Assembly: GCF_000195855.1 (NCBI RefSeq)
Contig: NC_002677.1
Coordinates: forward strand, 2,820,001 to 2,852,000
DNA length: 32,000 nucleotides
Origin: Mycobacterium leprae TN
GTDB taxonomy: Bacteria > Actinomycetota > Actinomycetes > Mycobacteriales > Mycobacteriaceae
Direction of reading: 5' to 3'
Shown: one piece after another, positions 23,688 to 32,000 of the stretch
Numbering within the stretch: position 1 is the first letter of the stretch
How the letters are laid out: the number at the start of each line of letters is the position of its first letter
Made by a program: the position numbers and the translations under genes
Notes under the pieces: generated by a model
Databases searched by the model: none
What the model was told of the DNA's origin: nothing
The model's input: only the letters and a program-made list of their open reading frames with translations

Positions 23688-24950
23688 TGGTATGTTGTGG
23701 TCGGTCTCGATCATTAGCAATTTTGGCTTTATCCGGGCCTGGGAAAAATTCCGGGCAGTGTCGGTAGATTCGATTTTCTCGTGGTGCTTTTAGGAAAATA
23801 ACAGAAATTGTCTTAATTAGTCTTGTACCCAAGCAAATAGAGCAATTCGATAAGAGCAATCACGACAGACATAGCAAGAATTTGCTCAGGCTAACGGTAC
23901 CCACCTGTGGCCATCCACGGGTCCGCAACTTCCGTTTGGGTCTAATAAATGGAAAACTGTCGATAGTAAGGACGGCTCACTTCACCGTGGTCGCCGAGAT
24001 CATGACGACCAGCATTCCTACGGAGCACAGCAAGCCGAGCGTTCGGAAATAGGGCAACCGGGTGAAGCAGAGGCAGTACATAGCATCGGTTATGGTCAGA
24101 CCCGAACCGATGGCAACGTGCGCAGTTCCATGGAACATGGTGTAGAAAGTTTTTCCCCGTCCTTACCGAGAGTGCGTGCCTCTTGAGACCATCTAAGGAC
24201 TAATAGTGCATAGTCAGCTCACGGTTCAATGGCCAGCGGTACAAGCAGATTTACCGCTAAGGTTGTGATAGTCCAATGGTGTTATTATAAGCTGAAAAAT
24301 GATACCTTGCCGGGCCACCATGAGCTCAATTACCACCATCACGAGGGTCAGGTTCACCTGAACAACAGAACAGTAGACAAAAAGCAACATAACAATGTCC
24401 ACTAGGAAGGTGATCATCGTGACTTGTTGAACCCTGTGCTCACCCGCCGTTGACTGATCGGCACCGGCTGGAACCGCACCACCGATCATGTAGGCCTTGA
24501 TGTCCGACAGCGCCGGCGTGCCGTTCACGATTTGTTGGACAGACTCGTTGGCTAAGTTTTTGCCCTGGTTACTGGCCAGATACATTTGCACATAGACCGC
24601 TTGATTGTCCGAGCTTTGCGACCCGGCCACCGTCAATGGGTCCTCCAGCAGTTTTGTGACGTGCTGAGTCTGCTTTTATCCACCAAGACGTCCGGATTAA
24701 CTCGCTGTATTATTTATTATCGTGGTGGGTCTCATCGTCAATCTGTTTTGTCGTCTTTTAGGACGATAATAATAGCACTGTCGGTGTTGAACTTATTGAA
24801 CATTTGGCTGGCCCGCTTCATCGCCTGCATGGCCGGTGTATCGTTGGTGGTCATTGATACCGTATGTTCTTTTCCGACGGTTGTGGCACGGGTTTACCGA
24901 CGGAAAGTGTTGTGGTCGACCGAAAGCGTCCAGGGCAGCGTCGGATTAAC
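22554..24950 (-). pseudogene. Decayed MmpL-family transporter; only its 3' part (22554..23720) is an open frame
   Basis: Minus-strand fragments in order: KEHTVSMTTNDTPAMQAMKRAGQMFNKFNTDSAI; DPLTVAGSQSSDNQAVYVQMYLASNQGKNLANES...; [10 protein letters not shown]-like; [17 protein letters not shown]; then the intact 3' segment [18 protein letters not shown]... identical to the plus-strand mmpL. Lies in the Rv0450c (mmpL4) position and orientation. Confidence 0.85.
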
Positions 24951-24954
24951 TTAC

Positions 24955-25200
24955 CCGTTACAGTTGGGCATATATATATATATATATATTGGCGTTGGCC
25001 ACAGTACTGGCGGGGCCATAAAATTAGTGGACTAAGTGTTTGGTATTAAACGGCTGGGATGTCAGCGGAAAGCCATTGGTAACCGCCTTGTTGTCGTGAA
25101 AGTAAAAGAAGAAGCTGCGGAGCAGATAAACACCGAACTCCATTACTGCAACCACGATCACGATCCGCACTTCTCGCTCCGCGACAGCAACCGGAATCTT
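24955..25200 (-). pseudogene. Decayed MmpS-family protein
   Basis: Minus: VMEFGVYLLRSFFFYFHDNKAVTNGFPLTSQPFNTKHLVH followed by a frame-shifted FMAPP... segment, comparable to MmpS ...[12 protein letters not shown]...[18 protein letters not shown]. Immediately upstream of the decayed mmpL. Confidence 0.5.
24970..24989. repeat. (AT)10 dinucleotide microsatellite
   Basis: Direct read: ...GGGC ATATATATATATATATATAT TGGCG; gives IYIYIYI in two track ORFs. Confidence 0.97.
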
Positions 25201-26365
25201 GGCCACTCAATCGTCTTTCACTTATTTGGCGCCCCATTGCTCGTGCGACCGCTTTAACCATCGTTTGCCCCCGCATTGGCATCAGCCGAAACCGTTCCTG
25301 TCCCAGATAAGAAAGCCCGCTAAAATGCCCCTCACCTGAACGTCGCACAAGGCACCGGTGGTCAACGTCCATTTGCTTCGCCACAGCACAACGTCTGTTT
25401 CTGCTCACTGCGATTCGGCGATGAGGCCAAGGCAAGTAGCAGTGAGAAATCGAGTCAGCGCTGTGGCAAAGTCAAGGTTTCACTCGGATGGGAGGATCTC
25501 CGGTTATCCGGCATAAGCGTCAGTGAGCTGCTCTGGGGGTGCGCGATTTGCCACACGGTAGCCGCCAGAGAACAGGCAGCCAGCAAGTATGTCTAATGCA
25601 CCCGAACGCCCGAGCACGGGCAACATGTTGCTGGATTGCGTACGCCAAGGTAATCACGGCAGTGGTACTGGCCCACTTGACCTCGACGTCCACTTCGTGT
25701 TCAAGATGCAGTGCAGATTGGCGAGCAAATCGCAGAACAGCGCCCAGGACGTTGGCCAACGTCTCAGCGATCCGCGATGGTGACCTCGGACCGGATTTCG
25801 CCGACGTTTCACACACCGTATTCGACCAACGTATCCCACCCTCGGCGGCGAGGTATAGCAGTACTTCATTTATATTTATAGTTTATGTTTATAAGAGGTG
25901 AAGTAGCGACGCACCGCGGAGTAATGAATTCCGGCATGGCCGGCGTCAGCAGTCAACGTCACCGAAGTCACACCGGTCTCAAGCGCCAGTGGGCATGCGG
26001 TTTCCACGACCGCGGCCGGCCGTTGACGCTTGTTTCCCTCGGTACGGGAGCGCTGGAACGTAAGTTGTGCCACCACCATAGGAATAATTCACAGAATGTG
26101 ATTTGCATAACGCACGGGCATGATTTGCCAGCGGCACAGCAGTGCGCCGTTACGCATGATATATGCGTTACTCTTTCCAAGAGCCCGGCAGGAAGGAAGC
26201 AACAAGGCCCCGTGATTTACTTTGGCAAGACTTGATTGTACTCCGGCCCAAACGCCTTCGGTTCGAACCGACCATCACAAAGGTGTGGCGATCTGAGCTT
26301 GTGGTCCGGGTAGTCCGGCACCACGATCTGAAGTTGAACTTGGTCGAGCGGACATCGGGCCGTCA

Positions 26366-26830
26366 ATGTCCAAACGCCAACGGGGTAAGGGGATTTCAAT
26401 TTTCAAGCTGTTGTCACGAATTTGGATTCCACTTGTCATCCTTGTGGTGCTCGTGGTTGGGGGATTCGTAGTGTACCGTGTCCACAGTTATTTCGCCTCC
26501 GAGAAACGCGAATCCTACGCAGATAGCAACCTGGGAAGCAGCAAGCCGTTCAACCCCAAGCAGATTGTTTACGAGGTCTTCGGCCCACCCGGAACGGTTG
26601 CAGATATCAGCTATTTCGATGCTAATTCCGACCCCCAGCGAATCGATGGGGCACAATTGCCATGGTCGTTACTTATGACCACGACCTTGGCCGCAGTGAT
26701 GGGAAACCTCGTGGCTCAGGGCAATACTGATAGTATCGGCTGCCGGATCATCGTGGACGGCGTAGTCAAAGCTGAGCGAGTTTCCAACGAAGTCAACGCC
26801 TACACCTACTGCCTGGTGAAGTCCGCGTGA
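26366..26830 (+). CDS. mmpS4: MmpS-family membrane/periplasmic accessory protein (MmpS4-like)
   Basis: 154 aa: one N-terminal transmembrane helix ([21 protein letters not shown]) then the conserved [43 protein letters not shown]...[35 protein letters not shown]. Confidence 0.92.
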   Translation: MSKRQRGKGISIFKLLSRIWIPLVILVVLVVGGFVVYRVHSYFASEKRESYADSNLGSSKPFNPKQIVYEVFGPPGTVADISYFDANSDPQRIDGAQLPWSLLMTTTLAAVMGNLVAQGNTDSIGCRIIVDGVVKAERVSNEVNAYTYCLVKSA

Positions 26831-29706
26831 CGGTCAAATGCGCGAACGACCTGGACACCCACACCAAGCCACCGTTCGTCGCAAGGATGATCCACAGATT
26901 TGCGGTACCGATCATCTTGGTATGGTTAGCCATTGCCGTCACCGTTAGTGTCTTTATCCCATCACTAGAAGACGTTGGGCAAGAGCGTTCAGTGTCGCTA
27001 AGCCCTAAGGACGCACCGTCGTACATTGCGATGCAGAAGATGGGTCAGGTCTTCAACGAAGGAAACTCCGACAGTGTAATAATGATCGTCCTGGAAGGCG
27101 ATAAGCCGCTCGGTGACGATGCTCACAGATTTTACGATGGCCTGATTCGCAAGTTGCGGGCAGACAAGCACGTGCAAAGCGTTCAAGACTTTTGGGGGGA
27201 TCCTCTTACCGCGCCCGGCGCCCAAAGCAATGACGGTAAGGCCGCCTATGTCCAATTGAGTCTAGCGGGTAACCAAGGTGAGTTGCTGGCTCAAGAATCC
27301 ATCGATGCGGTCCGCAAAATCGTCGTGCAGACGCCTGCGCCTCCCGGAATAACGGCTTGGGTCACTGGAGCGTCAGCCTTGATCGCGGACATGCATCATA
27401 GTGGCGACAAATCCATGATCCGGATCACCGCAACGAGTGTGATCGTGATTTTGGTGACGTTGCTGCTCGTCTATCGATCGTTCATCACCGTGATTCTGCT
27501 GCTTTTCACGGTCGGGATCGAATCGGCGGTGGCGCGGGGAGTCGTCGCGTTGCTCGGACATACCGGGCTCATCGGTCTGTCCACCTTCGCGGTGAATCTG
27601 CTCACATCCTTGGCCATCGCGGCGGGCACTGACTACGGGATATTTATCACTGGGCGCTACCAGGAGGCCCGCCAGGCCAACGAAAACAAAGAAGCGGCCT
27701 TCTACACTATGTACCGGGGAACTTTCCACGTCATCTTAGGCTCTGGGTTGACAATCTCCGGGGCGACGTTTTGCCTCAGCTTCGCCCGGATGCCCTATTT
27801 CCAAACTTTGGGTGTCCCGTGCGCGGTGGGGATGCTCATCGCCGTGGCGGTCGCACTCACCCTCGGACCGGCGGTGTTGACGGTCGGCAGCCGTTTCGGT
27901 CTGTTTGAACCCAAAAGGCTGATCAAGGTCCGTGGCTGGCGACGGATCGGCACCGTGGTGGTCCGCTGGCCGCTGCCCATTCTCATCACCACCTGCGCTA
28001 TCGCCATGGTCGGTCTGCTGGCTCTGCCCGGATACCGGACTAACTACAAGGACCGGGCGTATCTTCCTGCGTCCATCCCCGCCAACCAAGGATTTGCCGC
28101 CGCGGATCGCCATTTCCCACAGGCCCGGATGAAGCCCGAAATTTTAATGATCGAGTCGGATCATGATATGCGAAATCCGGCCGACTTTTTGATCCTGGAC
28201 AAGCTGGCCAGGGGAATCTTTCGTGTTCCAGGAATTTCCCGGGTCCAGGCGATAACCAGACCCGACGGAACGGCAATGGATCATACTTCGATACCATTTC
28301 AGATAAGCATGCAAAATGCCGGACAAGTACAAACCATGAAGTATCAGAAGGACCGGATGAATGACCTTCTAAGACAGGCAGAAAATATGGCCGAAACGAT
28401 TGCTTCGATGAGGCGTATGCATCAATTAATGGCGTTGCTCACAGAAAATACTCACCACATTTTAAACGACACTGTAGAAATGCAAAAAACTACCAGCAAG
28501 TTGCGTGATGAAATAGCTAATTTTGATGATTTCTGGCGACCGATTCGTAGCTATTTCTACTGGGAAAGACATTGTTTTAACATTCCGATATGCTGGTCAT
28601 TTCGATCAATATTCGATGCGCTGGACGGCGTGGACCAGATCGACGAGAGACTGAACTCGATCGTTGGTGACATCAAAAACATGGATCTGCTGATGCCGCA
28701 GATGTTGGAGCAATTCCCGCCGATGATCGAAAGCATGGAGAGCATGCGCACCATCATGCTGACCATGCACAGCACAATGTCTGGGATCTTTGATCAGATG
28801 AACGAGCTGAGCGACAACGCCAATACGATGGGGAAGGCATTCGACACTGCCAAAAATGACGACTCATTTTACCTTCCACCCGAGGTCTTCAAGAACACCG
28901 ATTTCAAGCGCGCGATGAAATCATTCCTGTCATCGGATGGACACGCGGCTCGCTTCATTATTTTACATCGGGGGGATCCCGCCAGCGTCGCGGGTATCGC
29001 GAGTATCAACGCGATACGCACGGCAGCCGAGGAGGCTCTCAAGGGCACCCCATTGGAGGACACCAAGATCTACCTGGCCGGTACGGCGGCCGTCTTCAAG
29101 GACATCGACGAGGGCGCTAACTGGGATCTCGTGATCGCGGGGATTTCATCGCTTTGCCTGATTTTCATCATCATGCTGATCATTACTCGAGCCTTTGTAG
29201 CCGCCGCTGTTATCGTGGGTACGGTCGCGCTTTCACTAGGCGCCTCCTTTGGACTGTCCGTATTGCTCTGGCAGCATATTCTCGGTATCGAATTGCACTA
29301 TCTGGTGCTTGCGATGTCGGTTATCGTGCTGTTGGCGGTAGGATCTGACTACAACCTGCTGCTGGTGTCGCGGTTCAAACAGGAAATCCAGGCCGGATTG
29401 AAGACCGGCATCATCCGTTCGATGGGCGGCACCGGCAAAGTCGTGACGAACGCTGGGCTGGTGTTCGCGTTCACGATGGCATCCATGGTCGTCAGCGACC
29501 TGCGGGTGATCGGGCAGGTGGGTACCACCATCGGTCTGGGTCTATTGTTCGACACGTTGATCGTGCGCTCGTTCATGATGCCCTCGATCGCTGCCCTGCT
29601 GGGACGCTGGTTCTGGTGGCCGCAACAGGGCCGCACTCGACCGTTGTTGACCGTGGCTGCTCCGGTTGGATTACCTCCAGACCGGTCCCTGGTGTACAGC
29701 GACTAA
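26827..29706 (+). CDS. mmpL4: MmpL-family RND transporter (MmpL4-like)
   Basis: 959 aa from GTG at 26827, overlapping the mmpS stop (GTGA). Typical MmpL features: [124 protein letters not shown]. Confidence 0.94.
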   Translation: MTVKCANDLDTHTKPPFVARMIHRFAVPIILVWLAIAVTVSVFIPSLEDVGQERSVSLSPKDAPSYIAMQKMGQVFNEGNSDSVIMIVLEGDKPLGDDAHRFYDGLIRKLRADKHVQSVQDFWGDPLTAPGAQSNDGKAAYVQLSLAGNQGELLAQESIDAVRKIVVQTPAPPGITAWVTGASALIADMHHSGDKSMIRITATSVIVILVTLLLVYRSFITVILLLFTVGIESAVARGVVALLGHTGLIGLSTFAVNLLTSLAIAAGTDYGIFITGRYQEARQANENKEAAFYTMYRGTFHVILGSGLTISGATFCLSFARMPYFQTLGVPCAVGMLIAVAVALTLGPAVLTVGSRFGLFEPKRLIKVRGWRRIGTVVVRWPLPILITTCAIAMVGLLALPGYRTNYKDRAYLPASIPANQGFAAADRHFPQARMKPEILMIESDHDMRNPADFLILDKLARGIFRVPGISRVQAITRPDGTAMDHTSIPFQISMQNAGQVQTMKYQKDRMNDLLRQAENMAETIASMRRMHQLMALLTENTHHILNDTVEMQKTTSKLRDEIANFDDFWRPIRSYFYWERHCFNIPICWSFRSIFDALDGVDQIDERLNSIVGDIKNMDLLMPQMLEQFPPMIESMESMRTIMLTMHSTMSGIFDQMNELSDNANTMGKAFDTAKNDDSFYLPPEVFKNTDFKRAMKSFLSSDGHAARFIILHRGDPASVAGIASINAIRTAAEEALKGTPLEDTKIYLAGTAAVFKDIDEGANWDLVIAGISSLCLIFIIMLIITRAFVAAAVIVGTVALSLGASFGLSVLLWQHILGIELHYLVLAMSVIVLLAVGSDYNLLLVSRFKQEIQAGLKTGIIRSMGGTGKVVTNAGLVFAFTMASMVVSDLRVIGQVGTTIGLGLLFDTLIVRSFMMPSIAALLGRWFWWPQQGRTRPLLTVAAPVGLPPDRSLVYSD

Positions 29707-29765
29707 CTGTTAGCTGGTGTGACCACGCGGGCTCGGTGTCCATCGCGGTTGCTGCGGCCCACCCG
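28573..29765 (+). repeat. Arm B of the 1,193 bp inverted repeat; covers codon ~583 to stop of mmpL plus 59 bp downstream
   Basis: Reverse complement of 22495..23687; see arm A. Confidence 0.97.
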
Positions 29766-29879
29766 GTGGTTCATGCACTGCCGCTGCCCAGGAATGAGAA
29801 AATAGCCGGCGCCGCAAACACCGGTCGACTCCTGGCAGCCATACTGCACTAATGACGGTAAGTGCGGTTAAAAACCATG

Positions 29880-30350
29880 TCAGCTGGCTAACCGCACGGT
29901 GTTGCGAATGATGTCGCGCAGCTCGTGCAACGGCGCCCCGCACGTCAAACAATATGCACCCCGGTGGCGAGTCAGTTTGCTGACCTGCCGCAGCACGACG
30001 AGCCTGAGGCTGCGCACACAGCAGAGGCACAAGATGTCGACGATGTTTCCGCCCAGGTCCAGATTCGGATTGCTGCATTCATCTACGGCGTGCCGGTGCA
30101 CGATATGGGTAGCCGGATTGGTGCAGCCCGCTTCCGATTGGCACGTGAGCTGATGCCAATCGAGGGAAGCAAGCGTGTCCGGGATCTTGTTACCAGGTAC
30201 TTGGCTCATGTGACAAGCATTGTCTCGCCCGCACCAAGCTGCATCGGCGCGGAGCCGGTCGTGATTCCATAACCGATAACTGTGATGAGCACGATCTAAA
30301 TCCTCACGGTAAGCAGTTCGGCAAGCGCACCAAGGCATGATAACTGCCAC
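29880..30350 (-). CDS. Candidate small Cys/His-rich conserved hypothetical protein (possible metal-binding ribbon)
   Basis: 156 aa ORF; the C-terminal half reads CTNPATHIVHRHAVDECSNPNLDLGGNIVDILCLCCVRSLRLVVLRQVSKLTRHRGAYCLTCGAPLHELRDIIRNTV with paired Cys motifs. The true start is probably internal. A competing 115 aa plus-strand ORF (29925..30272) overlaps. Confidence 0.5.
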   Translation of the reverse strand: MAVIMPWCACRTAYREDLDRAHHSYRLWNHDRLRADAAWCGRDNACHMSQVPGNKIPDTLASLDWHQLTCQSEAGCTNPATHIVHRHAVDECSNPNLDLGGNIVDILCLCCVRSLRLVVLRQVSKLTRHRGAYCLTCGAPLHELRDIIRNTVRLAS

Positions 30351-30482
30351 TTCTTCCTGCCGACCCGGCGGGCTCGCGCCGCCGAATAGCTTAATTTAGA
30401 TTATCCTCCTATTGGGCATTGGGGGACAACACGAATCGGTCCGACTCGGCGGGTAAAGCGCCAAATCGCGACTAGAACAGGA

Positions 30483-30944
30483 CTACGGCCAGTTCCACAC
30501 CGACATGTCTCCGGCCTGGTACTGGTTGCAAACCTCGGTGGCTTTGGCGACAACGCCCTTGTTATTGAAGAAAATCTTCGCCCAGTTTCCCCAATGCGTG
30601 GCCATCTGCTCGTAGTAGACGTTTGTAGCGGTGTCCTCGGAATACTGCCTACGGTCGGTGGGGCTCAAGGAATAGAACCAATGGATACGATTGACCGCGG
30701 CCTGCTGGATGTCAGTCGGCTTGTTGTGCATATCGATCATGTACCGCTGGTAGTAGATCGGGCTGGTATCCCTGACGGCCGCCAAATACTGCTCTGCATC
30801 ACAGGTGGTGGCGATTTGCCTGCGGGGGATCGGAAAATCCTCCGTGGAACCATCGGCAACGGCGGTCGTCGGAAATGCCACAGGAATGATACCGAAAACG
30901 AGAAAAACAGCACCTTTACATAGGCTGGTGCTCAGCCGAGACAT
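30483..30944 (-). CDS. Secreted Rv0455c-like protein (implicated in siderophore secretion in M. tuberculosis)
   Basis: Track ORF 30483..30995; probable start at 30944 ([71 protein letters not shown]...[26 protein letters not shown]). Signal peptide and two Cys retained. Confidence 0.88.
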   Translation of the reverse strand: MSRLSTSLCKGAVFLVFGIIPVAFPTTAVADGSTEDFPIPRRQIATTCDAEQYLAAVRDTSPIYYQRYMIDMHNKPTDIQQAAVNRIHWFYSLSPTDRRQYSEDTATNVYYEQMATHWGNWAKIFFNNKGVVAKATEVCNQYQAGDMSVWNWP

Positions 30945-31029
30945 GGTGATTAACCGTAACCCTTTCGGGGTTTTGAAGTAGTGCTTCGACAGCAAGTTAC
31001 TAGTCTAGGCTTACGAGCCAGCAGGAACA

Positions 31030-31944
31030 ATAGACATGTTGAGGGGTCCGGCCGTAGTTTGGGTACGGCTTGGCTGTAATTGTCGAACGGGCCGTCTCGG
31101 CGTGCGATCACGATCCGTACCCCTTGGGTTTCGGTGGCGCGGATCAAGTCGAGCGCGTCGGGATGTTGCGCGTCAGGCCATCCAGAATGCCACCTAGCAT
31201 CTGGGTAGACGCTAGGTTCATGTATCTCGCAAGCGGCCTGATTAACGATCAGGCTTAGTGCCCACAACTGCGACAATGAGGATGCGTACCAGCTCGGCAG
31301 CAATCTCGGTGACACAAGCTTAGAGGCATTCGAACGGCACCTATTCGTTTATCAGCTTGACTTCAGCTTCCTGGACACCGGTCAACGGCCGGCCAGTAAG
31401 CGGGTGCCACTTGACATTGGCAAGGCCGAGCAAGCATATTTATGCTTTCAATTAGATAAGCTCTATATCCGATTATATGGGTGCCGATCATCGCGTTGTT
31501 GTCGGTAATGGCGATGTCAGTGCATTTGCGTAGTTGCTGAAAATCAGCGACGCATCAGTTTTGCGCCTAGCGATCATCGGCTTAGAGGCTAGTTAAATGG
31601 CCATGAACCTCTCTATAGGCCGAATCTCACGAGCGGTAACTCTAGCGAACTCTTTGCCTGGATACCATTGCCTGTAGGTCATCAGGCCATCGCCCCCGTT
31701 GCTGAAACCCGCCGCCAAAATTATAGCCGTCAGAAAAGGACTGGCTGGCGCCACGCAACACTATAGACTTTGATACCGTGGTCTCGCTCAGCCAGCCTGC
31801 CGATCGTCTCGATCTTGTCGAGAATAGGTGGGACGTTAATATAGTATTAAGGTGCTCTGAGCTATCCAATGTGATGGTGGCGACCGGACCGGTGGCCGCA
31901 TAATGCAGGCTATCAAAATTGACCCCGGATTGGGTTCTAGTCAT
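31030..31944 (-). pseudogene. echA2: Decayed enoyl-CoA hydratase EchA2
   Basis: Minus strand 5' piece MTRTQSGVNFDSLHYAATGPVATITLDSSEHLNTI...IVLRGASQSFSDGYNFGGGFQ and 3' piece LDLIRATETQGVRIVIARRDGPFDNYSQAVPKLRPDPS. The middle is broken. Next to the Rv0455c-like gene as Rv0456c is. Confidence 0.85.
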
Positions 31945-32000
31945 AGCAGCAGCGAAGTAAGTCGGGACCCTTGCCGCGATATGCTGCGCGAGTCAGCCCC

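Noticed and set aside
22624-23793. Plus-strand ORFs of 95, 65 and 102 aa inside arm A (and their mirror images in arm B) as possible genes
   Set aside because: They are antisense to mmpL coding sequence, appear in both arms only because the arms are identical, and have compositions typical of antisense frames.
22495-29765. The inverted repeat as the ends of a composite transposon or phage invertase cassette
   Set aside because: No transposase, recombinase or short terminal inverted repeats are visible; the arms consist of mmpL 3' sequence, so homologous recombination or conversion fits better.
30996-31014. GTTACTAGTCTAGGCTTAC upstream of the Rv0455c-like gene considered as an IdeR iron box
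   Set aside because: Position-by-position match to the IdeR consensus as I remember it is poor (about 5 of 19), so it does not support the call.

Overview
This window is from a heavily decayed mycobacterial chromosome. A 129 bp stretch (16290..16418) has the ends and spacing I remember for the RLEP diagnostic amplicon, which points to Mycobacterium leprae. I see three blocks that keep the gene order of non-contiguous M. tuberculosis regions. Block 1 (1..~4.9 kb, minus strand) is the intact phthiocerol/phenolic-glycolipid lipid locus: ppsA 5' end, fadD26 and tesA. Block 2 (~6.3..15 kb) is tcrX, tcrY, lpqH, an alkyl sulfatase-like gene, SDR, APH and histidine-phosphatase remnants, a FadE36-like gene and an intact Rv3760-like membrane gene; nearly everything except the last is a pseudogene. 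Block 3 (~16.8..32 kb) is a PPE gene, rskA, sigK, an Rv0446c-like gene, ufaA1, Rv0448c/Rv0449c-like remnants, a decayed mmpS-mmpL pair, an intact mmpS-mmpL operon on the opposite strand, an intact Rv0455c-like gene and an echA2 pseudogene. The strongest unexplained structure is a 1,193 bp inverted repeat (22495..23687 vs 28573..29765). I found no mismatch in the places I compared, and the translations are identical. It carries the 3' end of mmpL and flanks a 4,885 bp segment holding the intact mmpS and the 5' part of mmpL. Inverting that segment would still leave an intact mmpS-mmpL operon. I see no defence system, CRISPR array, prophage, rRNA or tRNA, and I do not claim a novel enzymatic system. 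Homology statements are from memory of protein families and were not run against a database.
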